From: Octopus sinensis
Taxonomy: Eukaryota
Assembly: GCF_006345805.1 (NCBI RefSeq)
Contig: NC_043007.1
Location: 27,218,001 to 27,282,000, forward strand
DNA length: 64,000 nucleotides
Direction: 5' to 3'
The translations under genes and the position numbers were made by a program. Numbering within the stretch: the first letter of the stretch is position 1; each line of letters starts with the position of its first letter. Under the pieces are notes generated by a model, which saw nothing but the letters and a program-made list of their open reading frames with translations, ran no database searches and was not told the DNA's origin. Shown in pieces: positions 14,612-28,878 of this stretch.

Positions 14612-15137
14612 ACAGAAAGAAGAACTATGAGATAGCGTAAAGAAATAAGGAGAACATTAGACAGAAACATGACGTATCTCTTAGTAAATCTATTGTCAAT
14701 AAAATGGAGTATTCGTCTTTGGTTTTTTACTTCAGATAAAGTAAAGAACGTCTAGTTAGTTATCATGTAGCGATATGTATTCACTTATTGAATTAACTGA
14801 AGCAATAACTGTTGTGATAATTCCTGCATTTTACATTGTTTTGACATTAAATCATATATAATCGAATGAGTAACGGAATAACTAAAGTTGAAGAATTGTA
14901 ATAAAAAAAAAAAAAGAATATGACGCACAGAGAAAAGCAGGAAGATTTTTCCGGCTGTTAGACCAAATATAGACACATATCAAATGCGTGTGTGAATTAT
15001 ATATATATATAATATAGATATATATATATATATATTATATATATATAATATATATATATTATATATATATATGTATATATATATATCTATATATATATAT
15101 ATATATATGAGTGTATGTATGTATATATGTATGTATA

Positions 15138-15174
<37 letters not shown>

Positions 15175-15254
15175 ATATATGTATATAATATATATATATA
15201 TACATATATACATATATATATATGTATATATACATACATATATATATACATACG

Positions 15255-15358
<104 letters not shown>

Positions 15359-15705
15359 GACACGCACAAACAAAGACGTACCCATGCGCACAAATACACA
15401 CATACTAGTACGATGTCAAGATTAACAGGTGGATACTTACGTAAAACATATAACAATACCTAACATTCAGAAATTAACCTGTACAAGCAAATCAGCACGT
15501 GAATGTTGTGACATAGTGCTAACGGTCAATAAACCTTTGGTGGTTAATTTGTAAGTAAGACATAACACAAACGCCTACTATGTAGATTCATTTCTTGGAG
15601 ATGAGACTGTGAATGTCTAGAAACGTCAAACACATGTTTAGGAACTCTACTGTAAAAAAGCTAATCAGAAAATATAGAATAAAAACGATAAAGCCTAAAC
15701 ATAGA

Positions 15706-16127
15706 CGCAGGAGTAGCTATAGGCGCAGTGGTGGCTCGCCAACCCCATGTTTCCGGGTTCAGTCCCACTTGGGCTAGTGTCTTCTACTATAGCCTCGGGC
15801 CGACCAAAGCCTTGTGAGTAGATATGGTAGACGGAAACTGAAAGAAGCCCATCGTATATATATATATGTATATGTGTATATATATATATGTGTATGTGTG
15901 TATGTGTGTGTGTGTGTCTGTGTTTGTGTGCCTTTGTTCCCAGAATATCGCTTGACAAACGGTGCTGGTGTGTTTACGTCCCCGTAACTTAGCGGTTCGG
16001 CAAAACAGGCCTATAGCATAAGTACTAAGCTTACAAAAATAATTGCTGGGTCGATGTTCTCGACTAAAGGCAGTGCTCCAGCGTGGCTGCTGTCATATGA
16101 CTTAAACAAGTTTAAAGAGTAAAAGAG
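15706..16127 (+). mobile_element. SINE family D
   Basis: Same bipartite structure. Confidence 0.85.
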
Positions 16128-16186
16128 TATAGTTAAAGAAAAATGCATAAAAGAAAAGATATTTCCATATGCATACACACACACAA

Positions 16187-16221
<35 letters not shown>

Positions 16222-16323
16222 TATATATACATATATATGCATATATAATAGACATGTGCGTATGTTTGTGTATGCCTGTATCAAGTCATCCCATAAATAA
16301 CGTGAAATATCGTTATATATATA

Positions 16324-16383
<60 letters not shown>

Positions 16384-17664
16384 GTACATATTCATATGTG
16401 TGTATTATATTAGTGTGTAACTTCCGTGAGTTGCTGGAGTTCTTCTAAAACCAATACAATGGAAATCGGAAATTAAATAGTAAAATCAGAAATAAAGAAT
16501 TATACAAAAGAATTTTAAAGTCTGAATTGTATTTCTTTATTGCTGAGTTAAAGTATCCATATCAACAGAAACTGGAGGACGACAACTGGCAGTTATATAG
16601 TTTTTTTAAGATAATATTTTATGAGGATGTAGTCAGATCAGATGCAGAGTAGTATTGTTAAAGTAACCAATCCACTGCGTTGTTCTCGCATCTATTGTCA
16701 ATAAATGGATTAAGTTTACAAATAAGATTAGTGTCCTTTAGCTGGAAATTATAAATGTTTCTTTCTGATAACTTGATGGAAGCATAATGTTTTTGCATGT
16801 GAAATTTCCTCGAGTATAGCTTGATGTAAATCAGAATATATATGACCGTATGTGAGTTCACATCGTTTGAACTATTCGAGCGCATATTGATAACGGGGCA
16901 AAGAATACATTTAGTACTTAGTGCGTATGATTAAATGTAAACGAACGAAAACAATCTTTCACCTTTGCTATAGAACATAACTGAGTGTCATTAATGAGAA
17001 GGGTCGTGGCTTGAGGATGATAGATTTTCTGTTTTGCTATTGTTTTTTTGTTTGGTGGGGGGCATTGTTGTGGTGATGCGCTGACTCTCGGATATAGTGT
17101 TCCACTTGTTGTACATTGCTGCTGTTTCCATCTATATTGTTCTTCCTCTGGTTGTTGTCGTAGGTGCTGCGGTCATTGCTTTTGCGGTTGCATTCTGTTG
17201 CAGCTGCTATGGTTGTTTGTGTTGTAGTTGCTTTCGTAATTGATACTGAATAGAAAACTGCAATGTTACAGTTATGAAAACACTAATTGCCTCGAGGCTT
17301 TCTCTCACCAACAAAAGCAGAAATGACAGACGAAGGATATTCTCCATTGCTGTTTTTTTTGTGGGGGGGGGGGTTAGAAATCCTTGAGGCAATTTCTATT
17401 TGTACATTTGTAGCATCGCGTTTATCTACCCAACAGTATCAGCTGCTTGTCCCCCGCGACCCATCTCAGTTCGGGGTGTGACATTTTAAGTGTCTCAGGA
17501 TACTTTTGAGTCAGAATCTCGAAACCCATTCCAACCCAGTTATTCCTTTGTGTTCTTTCATTTCGGAAGAAACTCCCTTGATAAGAAATAATCTGCTACT
17601 TCATCTATGTTACGCCAATTTATTCGTTCTCTCAGTGGAAAGTATATTTCTTCTGTTATTCTTT

Positions 17665-18460
17665 AATTCTTTTGTTCCAGTCATTTGACAGCGGTCATGC
17701 TGGGGCATCGCCTTGTAGGGTTCTAGTCAAAGAAATCGACACCAGGACTTATTCTCTGTAAGCTTAGCACTTATTCCATTGGCCTTTTGTGCCGAACCGC
17801 TAGGCTACGGCGACATAAACGAACCAACATTGATTGTCACCAGGACTTATTCTTTGTACGTGGGGGAACAAACACAGACACAAAGAGAGACCCACAGGCT
17901 TCTTTCAGTTTCCCTCAACCAAATCCACTCATAAAGCGTTGGTAGAACCGAGGCCATAGTAGAACATATTTGCGCAAGTTGCCAGGCAGTAGAACTCAAC
18001 CCGAAATCATGTGGTTGGGAAGCAAAGCCAAATCTAGAATTGTTCTAAGAAGAAATAAAATCCATCTCACCCGTTGGCACCGCCAGTCACTATATATATT
18101 TTACTTGTTTCAGCCACTGGACTGCTGCCATGCTGGAGCACTTACTTGAACGGTTTCATCGAACAGATAAATCTAAATACTTATATTTTGATAACTATTC
18201 TATCGGTCTCGCTTCACGGACCGCAATATTATGGACACATAAACCAACTAGCATTGGTTGTGAGACGAGGAAGGTGGACAAACATAATCGCAGACACACA
18301 TTGTCATATAAACAATTTTCTAAATAATTTCCATCTATCGAATTCTTTTCCAAGATATTAGCCGGTCCCGTGGTACAGAAGATGTCAGTTGCCTAAAGTA
18401 CAGTGGGACTAAACCAGAAACCACAGGGTTTTAAAGAAAACTGCTTAATCACACAGACAC
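17665..18460 (-). mobile_element. Two diverged SINE family D copies (about 17665-18026 and 18100-18460)
   Basis: Reverse-complement matches to head and tail. Confidence 0.7.
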
Positions 18461-19866
18461 GTCCGATATAGATACAACGTTGTACGAATATATATTAATA
18501 ATTTCTTATTATATCTGAGAAACATACGCGAACGTGTGAACCTCTGTATAATACCTGTACTTATGAATGACAGCAACATATATTCCATCACATGACATCG
18601 TAACATCATATTTGTTTATGTAATTTTAAGGACCTGATGCAAGCTTTTGCACTACATAGCTGAATTTTCTTTAAATTTTCTCCCTTCTATGCGCAACTGT
18701 CTTACAGATTTTCCAAAATATATTCAATTCTTCAGGCTATCTCATTACATTACTCTCTCTGTTATTACCTGCCGTTCTGTGTTTAAGCATGCGAAAGTAC
18801 CTGTTTCTCTGACGATTTCTCGTAAATCATATCCAGAACCAGAATAACAATCATACTTAACAATAAGATTAGAATGATACCGGTAATCTAATCTAGTCTT
18901 TCTACATTACATTAATATTTTTAATTAGATGTTTGGTGCTCATCATATTAAGTATTTTTTCTAATTTCTCTAGACGGCAACCGATCGATTTTCGGTTATT
19001 CAATTTTTCTTTGGAAAAAACAATTTCTTTTACTTAAAGAATGTCTGGGTAGCGAATTTTTAGTCTGATTACTCTGTGTTCTTAGTACAGGTGTGTGGGT
19101 GAATAACCTCGGTGTTTGATATTTGAAATTAATTAGTCTACGGTATTTTGTTTAATTTTCGTTTTCAAACAGTTTGCCATTTTCATTTTTGACTTTCGTT
19201 TGTGAACAGATTAGTTGTTGAAGAATCTTTTGCATTAAATATGTAGCTCGAATATAGAAAGACTGTATTCGAATGCTACCATTTTAGGTACGATAGTGTT
19301 TATTTCATATCCGCTTTCTTGCATATCCTCGGAGGACCACGGACTTCGACACACACACACACATACATACACACACATACACGCCGTGCACTTGACAAAA
19401 AAGTTCATAAAACTATCAGTGTCAGTTGTGTATTCAACTATACGAGGAGGTGTTCTCTGTGAACCAGGGACTTCTACACACACATGCGCGCGCACACAGA
19501 CATAAATATACACACACACATACAGATACATACGCACAGTGCACTTGACAGAGAAATTCATAACACAACCGATATCAGTTGTGTATTCAACTATACCAGC
19601 AGGTGGTTGGTAATGTCTCCAGGGACGCCAATTCAGATTTGAGAAAATTAAAACTATGTTATTCATATATACAGAAAACCATTTAGTCCTCTATTTGATT
19701 CGACGCAATGGAACTGGAATTTTTAAATCTTCTTTTTCCTTTCTACGCCTTTCTATATTTAAAAACCTCCAAACTAGTTCCACTCTGCAGATTATTCATC
19801 TGCATAACTGTCTTTTCTAGTAGTTATCCTCCCATACACACACACACACACACACATACATGTAGT

Positions 19867-20196
19867 GGAGGCGCAATGGCCCAATAGTTAGAGTAGCAGA
19901 TTCACGGTCTAGGATCGCGGTTTCGATACCCAGACCTGGTGCTGTGAGTTTTATTAAGCGAAAACACTTAAAGCTCCACGAGGCTCCGGCAGAGGGTAGT
20001 AGCGAACCTTGGTGTACTCTTTCGCCACAATTTTCTCTTACACTTTCTGCCTGATTCCGTTTTGTAACTATGTTAACTACGTTAAGGGTACAGGTGTCTG
20101 TGGAGTACTCAGCCACTTGCACGTTAATTTCACGAGCAGGCTGTTCCTTTGATTGGATCAAATGGAACCCTCGTCATCGTAACCGATGGAGTGCCC
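19867..20196 (+). mobile_element. SINE family A, diverged and internally deleted
   Basis: Head and tail match family A. Confidence 0.85.
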
Positions 20197-20240
20197 TAAT
20201 ATATATATATATATTATTATATTATATATTATTATATATA

Positions 20241-20630
20241 TCTCTATATAAACGGCAGTTTGTCTGTGCGTTTTTTTTTTTCTGTGTGTCTTTTTTCCGT
20301 ACCCTCACCCTGACCACGGCTTTCAACCGAATTATGATGACACTTGACACACACATAGCCCAATGTCATAATTCAAAACTAACTCAGCGAAAATTTTGAA
20401 TGTTTCCCCCAGTTCTGAAATAATCGATAAATTCGACATGGGGTCGAGAATAAAAAATAACAAACATAACCACAGAACGTCGGGGACGCAACTCAACCTT
20501 TTATTACTCTCAAAAAAAAAATTTACCATCATTTTTTTCCCCATTTTTTTGCTATTTTTTGGCTATAACTCTCTAAAATGCTTATAGTTTACCCTTACAA
20601 ACCCTGAGCAACGCCGGGCGATACTGCTAG
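20241..20630 (+). mobile_element. Non-autonomous Helitron
   Basis: A|TC start at 20241; subterminal GC hairpin CCCTGAGCAACGCCGGG; CTAG|T end at 20630; no TSD; sits in (TA)n. Confidence 0.75.
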
Positions 20631-21587
20631 TATATATATAATAGATATATATATTATATATATATGTATATGTATATTATATATATATATTATGTGTGTG
20701 TGTGTGTGTGTGTTTATGTATGTATATATGTATGTATATATACAATTCAGAAATCATAGGAAAATTAAAACATTTACCCTAATCATTTTTAATTTTCCCT
20801 ATGATTTCTGAATTACTACTATGTAGCGGTTTGAGTCTAGCTGCTCGTTCTAGTGAGTTGAATGGCCTATTAAGGCCATTCCTTAATTGTTGAATGTATA
20901 TTATATAGTCTTTTGACTATTTTTTCTTTCTCACTGGACCGCCGGTGGCGAAAAAAATTTCTATTGATTTTTTTGCTACCCTTATATTGATTGATTAAAT
21001 GTATGTATATATATATGTATATATATATATACACATACATACATATACACACACAAAGGGTTTCTTCCAGTTTCCGCCTACCAAATCCAGTCACAAAGCT
21101 TTGATTGGCCCGGGGATATAGTAGGACTGAAATGGGAACCATGTGGTTGAGAACCAAGCTACATACGCGACATCCACACCTGCACCTATATATAGAAAAA
21201 AACCCCAAAAAAACTAGGAAATTATAAGCTAGTGTGATGCAAATGCCGTGCGATCAGTGTATCCGGGTAAATAGTGGAACGATAGGAAAGAAAATGGAAA
21301 ACCCAGATATGAAAGCATCGATGCTATATCTTTAAATGAACTCACTCAAAAATTTAGCAACATGCTACATAAATAATTTCAAATAAAAGTATTTGATAAA
21401 ACATGGGAAAAAAACCTATAAAATCAATATTGTGTAAGCATTACACATTTAATGAAACACATGCCATTAAAAACAATTGCAGAATAGGAACTGGCAAGCC
21501 ATATACAAGCTCCATGACTAGAAATATATGAGAGGCTGAGAGAGGCGACCGAGGTATATCAGTTTAACATGTAAAGGAAAAAATATT

Positions 21588-22095
21588 TTTTCTACACAAA
21601 GACCGAAATTTTTGGGGGAAGAGGACAGTCGATTAGATCGACCACAGTACGCAACTGGTAATTAATTTATCGACCCCGAAAGGATAAAAGCCAAAGTTGA
21701 CCTCGGCGAAATTGGAAGTCAGAACGTAGCGGCAGACGAAATACCTATTTCTTTATTGCCCACAAGGGGCTAAATACAGAGAGGACAAACAAGGAGAGAC
21801 AATCGGATTAAATCGATTTTATCGACCCCAGTGCGTAACTGGTACTTATTTAATCGACCCCGAAAGGATAAAAGCCAAAGTCGACCTCGGCGAAATTGGA
21901 AGTCAGAACGTAGCGGCAGACGAAATACCTAGTTCTTTATTGCCCACAAGGGGCTAAATACAGAGAGGACAAACAAGGAGAGACAATCGGATTAAATCGA
22001 TTTTATCGACCCCAGTGCGTAACTGGTACTTATTTAATCGACCCCGAAAGGATGAAAGGCAAAGTCGACCTCGGCGGAATTTGAACCCAGAACGT
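21588..22095 (-). mobile_element. SINE family C, three tandem units of about 180 bp
   Basis: 21670-21850 is nearly identical to 21852-22035. Confidence 0.88.
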
Positions 22096-23140
22096 TGAAA
22101 TCATTTCTTTCAGCTTATTCTGTTTCCAAACCTCTGAAAAAACATGGAATGATCACCTGGATGGTATGGCATCACAACACACCGTAAAATTGCAACTCAC
22201 CTCCTTATCAAATATCACACCATTTCACATTACATACAATATCTCGATATCCAATAAAGCAAGACATCACATTGTATCATGCTTTACAATATATCACATC
22301 CTGCCTAATATACCAAAGCATAGGCCACAAATTACCACCTTATCTATGCCATACGGTATTGCACATTCTTATATACTATCTCATCCAAAGAACGTATCAA
22401 TGCCACAGACTCATAGGTATGGTTTCTCAGATTCTGAGGGGGATAAATTTCTCGCAGAACCGGACGTCGGTCCATCGCAGATTTCCTCAATTAGACTAGG
22501 GCAACGTCAAATGAATTGCCCTACTCCAGAATATAACGCAACCCCGTTCCCAGGGATCGAAACCACAGTCGTACTGTCATGAGAACATCACCGCTAACCA
22601 CTAAGCCACGTATCGCATCATAATATTTCTGTATCACACCATAGCATAGAATATGTAATTTCATATCAAACAATTACTAGCGCACCAAAACCACATCGAT
22701 CCATACCACATTATACAACACAGTTTCGTACATACCATGCCACTCAGTATATATGCCATGAATTTCTTTGTCATATCCCACCCTACCATGCCACGAGAGA
22801 CAAACAAAACTGGAAATAGCGAAAATATTACGCAAATGATATTAACGAAAATAAATGAGAAACAACAGCAAACCCAATCAGTAGAGCTGCATTAATTGTT
22901 CATGTTCCAATTGATAATTTGAGCATCTAATTAGTAAACACTTAAAATGATGTTAAAATCGAAACTGAATCACTAGAGAACGCTTTTCCTTACACGAAAC
23001 GAAGAAAGCAAATGAGAAATATAAAGCAAATTAGAGAAAAATCACAAATGAATTAAAATTAGTCCATACTGGGTGAGGAAACCTAAGTATTCAAACATAC
23101 ATACATACATACATACATACATACATACATACATACATAA

Positions 23141-23198
<58 letters not shown>

Positions 23199-23318
23199 TA
23201 TTTTGAGTACATATGTGTAGAGTGTATCTATATTTTGATATATGTATATCAACATACATGCATATATATATATATATAATATATTATACACACACATATA
23301 TAAGTATGTGTGTGAGAG

Positions 23319-23351
<33 letters not shown>

Positions 23352-23431
23352 ATATATATATATATGTTGATATACATATATAAAAATATAGACATACACA
23401 TACACACACACACAATATATATATATATATA

Positions 23432-23500
<69 letters not shown>

Positions 23501-24155
23501 GTATGCAACCCAATAGATAGACTGATAGAGCGAGAGAGAATGTTATGAAAGGAAAGATAATAAATGGAAATACGATAGAAAGAACGGGAAAATATATTTA
23601 AAAAAAAAAGAGTAATTCTGTAAAACTTCCAAAAGAGAACAAAATATGTGGAGAGTGAAAAAGCTGAAAATAATAATTTTTTTACGCAATAACCGCAGAA
23701 AAAAAAAATAATAACGAACCCATAAAACTAGAAAAACAAATCAACCAAAAATATAACAGATACGAAGGGAAAATTTCATGAAAATATACCAAAAGAAATA
23801 ATTATAGACAGAATGGTTAAGGGAAAATATAAAAGGAAAATTAAAGAAAAATTGGTTAGAATCAGAGATTCGAAGAAGGGAAGACAAATATTTAATATAA
23901 AATGTATATCATATTTATTTATTTAATTTTATTAGAATTAAGGATGCTATTTCGGAGAGGAGGAATTTTGTTGTTTCCACTCTTCCCTTGTATGTGTCTA
24001 CTTTTATGAGAGTATCTCCTGATATATTCGTTATCTTTTGGTACTTATGTATTGTTCTGTTTTATTTCAAGATTTCTTGCCAAGAGAAAAGAGCCGGTTT
24101 CTAACTAGATTCAAGGCTCCTTTATTGAAATTTCAACATCAACACACGGCATTTT

Positions 24156-24187
<32 letters not shown>

Positions 24188-24238
24188 TGTATGTATGTAT
24201 GTATGTATGTATGTATGTATGTATGTATGTATGTATGC

Positions 24239-24620
24239 GGAGGCGCAATGGCCCAGTGGTTAGGGCAGCGGACTCGCGGTCATAGGATCGCGGTTTCGAT
24301 TCCCAGACCGGGCGTTGTGAGTGTTTATTGAGCGAAAACACCTAAAAGCTCCACGAGGCTCCGGCAGGGATGGTGGTGATCCCTGCTGTACTCTTTCACC
24401 ACAACTTTCTTTCACTCTTACTTCCTGTTTCTGTTGTACCTGTATTTCAAAGGGCCGGCCTTGTCACTCTTTGTGTCACGCTGAATATCCCCGAGAATTA
24501 CGTTAAGGGTACACGTGTCTGTGGAGTGTTCAGCCACTTACACGTTAATTTCACGAGCAGGCTGTTCCGTTGATTCGGATCAACCGGAACCCTCGTCGTC
24601 GTAACCGACGGAGTGCTTCC
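24239..24620 (+). mobile_element. SINE family A inserted in (TATG)n
   Basis: Full-length match; TATG repeats on both sides. Confidence 0.9.
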
Positions 24621-24708
24621 ACTATGTATGCACGTATGTATGTATGTATGTATGTATGTATGTATGTATGTATGTATGTATGTATGTATGTATGTATGTT
24701 ATGTGTGA

Positions 24709-25022
24709 GGGCGCGTGGCTTAGTGGTTGGCATTCGGCTCATGATCGTAAGGTTGTGAGTTCGATTCCCGGCGACGCGTTGTGTCCTTGAGCAAGACACT
24801 TTATTTCACGTTGCTCCAGTCCACTCAGCTGGCAAAAATGAGTTGTACTTGTATTTCAAAGGGTCAGCCTTTCACTCTCTGTGTCACGCTGATTATCTCC
24901 GAGAACTACGTTAAGGGTACACGTGTCTGTGGAATGCTCAGCCATTTGCACGTTAATTTCACGAGCAAGCTGTTCCGTTGATCGTATCAGTTGGGACCCT
25001 CGTCGTCGTAACCGGCGGAGTC
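24709..25022 (+). mobile_element. tRNA-derived SINE family B (different head, same tail as family A)
   Basis: TGGCTTAGTGG / GAGTTCGATTCC boxes; GTGTCCTTGAGCAAGACACTT body; family A 3' half. Confidence 0.85.
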
Positions 25023-25104
25023 TTTAATTAAATGTATGTATGTATGCATGTATGTATGTATGTATGTATGCATGTATGTATGTATGTATGTAAGTGTGTA
25101 TATA

Positions 25105-25580
25105 TGTCATTATTCAGTTTATTTCAAGATTTCTCCCCAATGGAGAAAGAACCGGTTTCTAACCACGATTCAAGGGTCTTTCATTGGAATTTCAACAACA
25201 ACAACAGGGTATTTTTCTATGTATGTATATATGTATGTGTGTATGTATGCATGCATGTATATATGTTGTGTTGTTATGTATGTATGTATGTACGTACGTC
25301 CTTGTTTAGTTTATTTCAAGATTTCTCGCCAATAAAGACAGAACCAGTTTCTAACCATGATTCAAAGCTCCTTCATTGGAATTTCACCATCAACAACAGG
25401 GTATTTTTGTATGTATGTAGGTATCTATGTATGTACGTCTGTGTGTGTGTGTATGTATGTATGTCATTATTCAGTTTATTTCAAGATTTTTTGCCAATAG
25501 AGAAAGAACCGGTTTCTAACCTTGAGTCAAGGCTCCTTCATTGGAATTTCAATATCAACAACAGGGTATTTTTGTTTGTG
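25105..25580. repeat. Three copies of a unit of about 105 bp, each followed by (TATG)n; a fourth copy at 24055-24155
   Basis: TTTATTTCAAGATTTCT..CCGGTTTCTAAC..CATTGGAATTTCAAC..CAACAGGGTATTTT repeated. Confidence 0.85.
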
Positions 25581-25721
25581 TGTATGTATGTGCAGATTTG
25601 TATGTTTTATGCATGTATTCTGATGCATATAGTTGCATTTCTAGACATGCGCATATGCATTTAAATAACAAATTTCTGACATACATACATGCATACACAC
25701 ATACATACACACATACATGCA

Positions 25722-25753
<32 letters not shown>

Positions 25754-26146
25754 CACACACATACATACATACACACATACATACATACATACACACACAT
25801 ACATACAACAATACATACATACATACATACATACATACATACATACATACTTATATACATATATGCATACATAGTTTGCATGTATGTATGTTCCCTTCCT
25901 CGTTTTAATATTAGAGTAAATTTTGGACCGGTCACCTAGCAAGGTTGTGAGGGAGACTGTCTCTTACCGTTATATTCTATAACGGTCTTGTAGATTTTTA
26001 TACTCTCAGATATCGCGAGCATTTGTAGAATATGAATTAAGGACTTACGTTCTGTCCCCAAGATTCAATGTTCACCCACGCTTTACTGTAGACAGGTTGC
26101 AATGTAGCCACTTGCTCCAATAATAATAGAAATGAAGCTGAAAGTG

Positions 26147-26180
<34 letters not shown>

Positions 26181-26209
26181 TGTATGTATGTATGTATGTA
26201 TATAGTTTT

Positions 26210-26612
26210 TTATTCTTCTACTTGTTTCAGTCATTGTGATTGTGGCCATGCTGGAGCATCACCCTTTTAGTCGAACAAACCCAGCCCAGGACGTATTCTT
26301 TGTAAACCCAGAACTGATGTTATCGCTCTTTTTTGCCGAACCCCTAAGTTACGGGTACATAAACACATCAAGATCGGTTGTTAAGCGATGGTGGAGGGAT
26401 AGACAGACACAAACACACAACACACACACGCACGCACACACAAACACACACAGATATATATACAGCAGTGTCAGTCTACTAAATCCACTCACAAGGCTTT
26501 GGTCGGCCCGAGGCTATAATAGAAGACCCTTGCCCAAGGTGCCACGTAGTGGGACTGAAACAAGAAACATGTGGTTAGAAAGCAAGCCTCTTATCACACA
26601 GCCACGCTTGCG

Positions 26613-26614
<2 letters not shown>
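26210..26614 (-). mobile_element. SINE family D
   Basis: Reverse-complement match. Confidence 0.85.
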
Positions 26615-26673
<59 letters not shown>

Positions 26674-27982
26674 GTGTGTGTATGTGTGTGTGTATTTGTG
26701 TAAGTTTTGTATATGTATGTGTTTTTAACGTTTTTTCGATGTCCTGTACCCATATATGCATATAATTATATATTATTTATATCATATATAAATATGTGTA
26801 TGTGTACGTGTGCGTGCGTCCGCACGGGGTTCATGTCTGGTTTACATGTGTAGCAGTGCACACCTTTTGTGTTAAGGGGTGCCATATCGAAACCACTGAT
26901 ATCGATCTATATATTGCATAGAAGGCTGATACAGTTACCAGGAACGATATGAACGACTCAATCACTTGAAAGCAGTGCGTCACATACCCACAATTCAATG
27001 GTTGATTACAGTAGAAGGATAAAAGAATATAAAAGAATTTTCAGGAAAGGTGCCCAAACGAAAAGTAATTGAAAAAATAAACTAAAAGTTGCTGAGAAAA
27101 TTAAATAAGAAAATGTTAAGAGAAAAGAAGAGTCGACCAGGATAATAAAATATATATATAATGTGACGGAAGATAAGAAAACATGGAAACCTTAGCAATG
27201 GATGAAATAAGGGAAAGTATTAAAATATAGAAAATGCCTTGAAGAAAAAGAGAAAATTTGATAGAAAACTTGAAAGAAGGAATTGAAAATGGAGAGGGGA
27301 ATATATGAAAGAAGATACCAATGTGTTTAGAAAATACATGAAATAGCTCAGTAGGATTCTGGTACAAGCAAGACCCATAAAAAACACTAAAACCTGCAAA
27401 CGAAAAGAAAAAAAAAATCTTGGTCAGAATTCAAAAGAAGAATTGAAAAGAGAATGAAAGAGACGCATCCACAAAAGGATAATAAATAAATAGAAAAATA
27501 AATAAATAACATTGTTAAAATGCAGAGACGGATTTAGCGAAGAATCGAATGCAGTGAAAGAAATTGCTGAAAAACGGAGTAATACAAGATGCTGTATATA
27601 AAATGCAACAGAAGCAAAAGAGATGAATGGCGGATTTCTTTAGAGTTTTTTATGTTTTGTCGTTCATTGATCTGTGGCCAGACCATCACATCCCTTCCGA
27701 TAAAAACCGAATGTCTCCTAGTGTCAGGTACATATTTGGTTTTTTTTTCTGTTCATACGACAGAGCAATAGCAGAATCGTCTGAGAACCGTAGACAATGC
27801 GTAGCAGTTGTTGAGCTGTCGTGCGGTTTTCAAATCAAACTGATGTCAGTTTGTGTTTGTTTTCATTTTAAGAGACGATGTATTATGTACCATCAAAGAG
27901 TAATTTCCATTCTTGTCTTGTTCGCAATAAAGAATATTGACGAATATTGGCGAAATATATTGCTGCTTTTTAAATATTGCTG

Positions 27983-28348
27983 TGCAGGAGTGGCTATGTT
28001 GTAAGAAGCTTACTTCTCAACTACATGGTTCCAGGTTCAGTTCCACTGCGTGGCATCTTGCACAAGTGCCTTCTGCTATAGCCTCGGGCCGACCAAAGAC
28101 TTGTGAGTGGATTTGGTAGACGAAAACTGAAAGAAACCTGTCGTATATGTATATATTTCTATGTCTGTTTGCCCTCGCCACCATCGCTTGGTAACCGATG
28201 TTGGTGTGTTCACGTAACTTAGCGTTTCGGCAAAACAGGCCGATAGAATAAGTACTAGGCTTACGAAGAATAAATCCTGTCGTCAGTTTATTCGACTAAA
28301 GACGGTGCACTAGCATAGCTGCATGCGAATGACTGAAACAAATAAAAG
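27983..28348 (+). mobile_element. SINE family D
   Basis: GCAGGAGTGGCTATGTTGTAAG...GACTGAAACAAATAAAAG. Confidence 0.85.
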
Positions 28349-28374
28349 TATGTATATATATATATATATATATA

Positions 28375-28583
28375 TATAATCAAAATAAGCAACAAATGTA
28401 TCCGAAGTAGAGTGGTACAATTGTTTCATGCTACATGTAGCAATTGTACCACTCAACTTCTGATATACTTGTTGCTTATTTTGATTATAATCACCCCATT
28501 GATTTATATGGATAATACCATACAAAATTCTGGTGCCTTTGACTTAAGTACCATATTCATCTGAATCTAAATTTTGCTGAACT
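28375..28583. mobile_element. Inverted-duplicated fragment of the 54043 hammerhead family
   Basis: 28375-28423 is an imperfect reverse complement of 28441-28489; the minus arm reads GAAACAATTGTACCA; flanked by (TA)n. Confidence 0.7.
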
Positions 28584-28847
28584 TATATATATATATGTAA
28601 GGGCTACTATTGGTTTCATGTTAAAAACAAAAACTACAGATGAGCGCTGTTATCTATGTGCAGCTAAGAAGCTCGGCTCACCCCCTTCTAATTCACGTCA
28701 CTTAACGCAAGTGGCTTCTTATCTAGACCCGCTTAACCAGTGCCTTGTGAATAAATCTGTTTGAGGGAACCTGCGTAGAATATCATATCATTGTATGAAT
28801 ATGTGTCATCGTATCATACAATTTTCTTCTGAGAGATGGAGAGAGAC

Positions 28848-28878
<31 letters not shown>

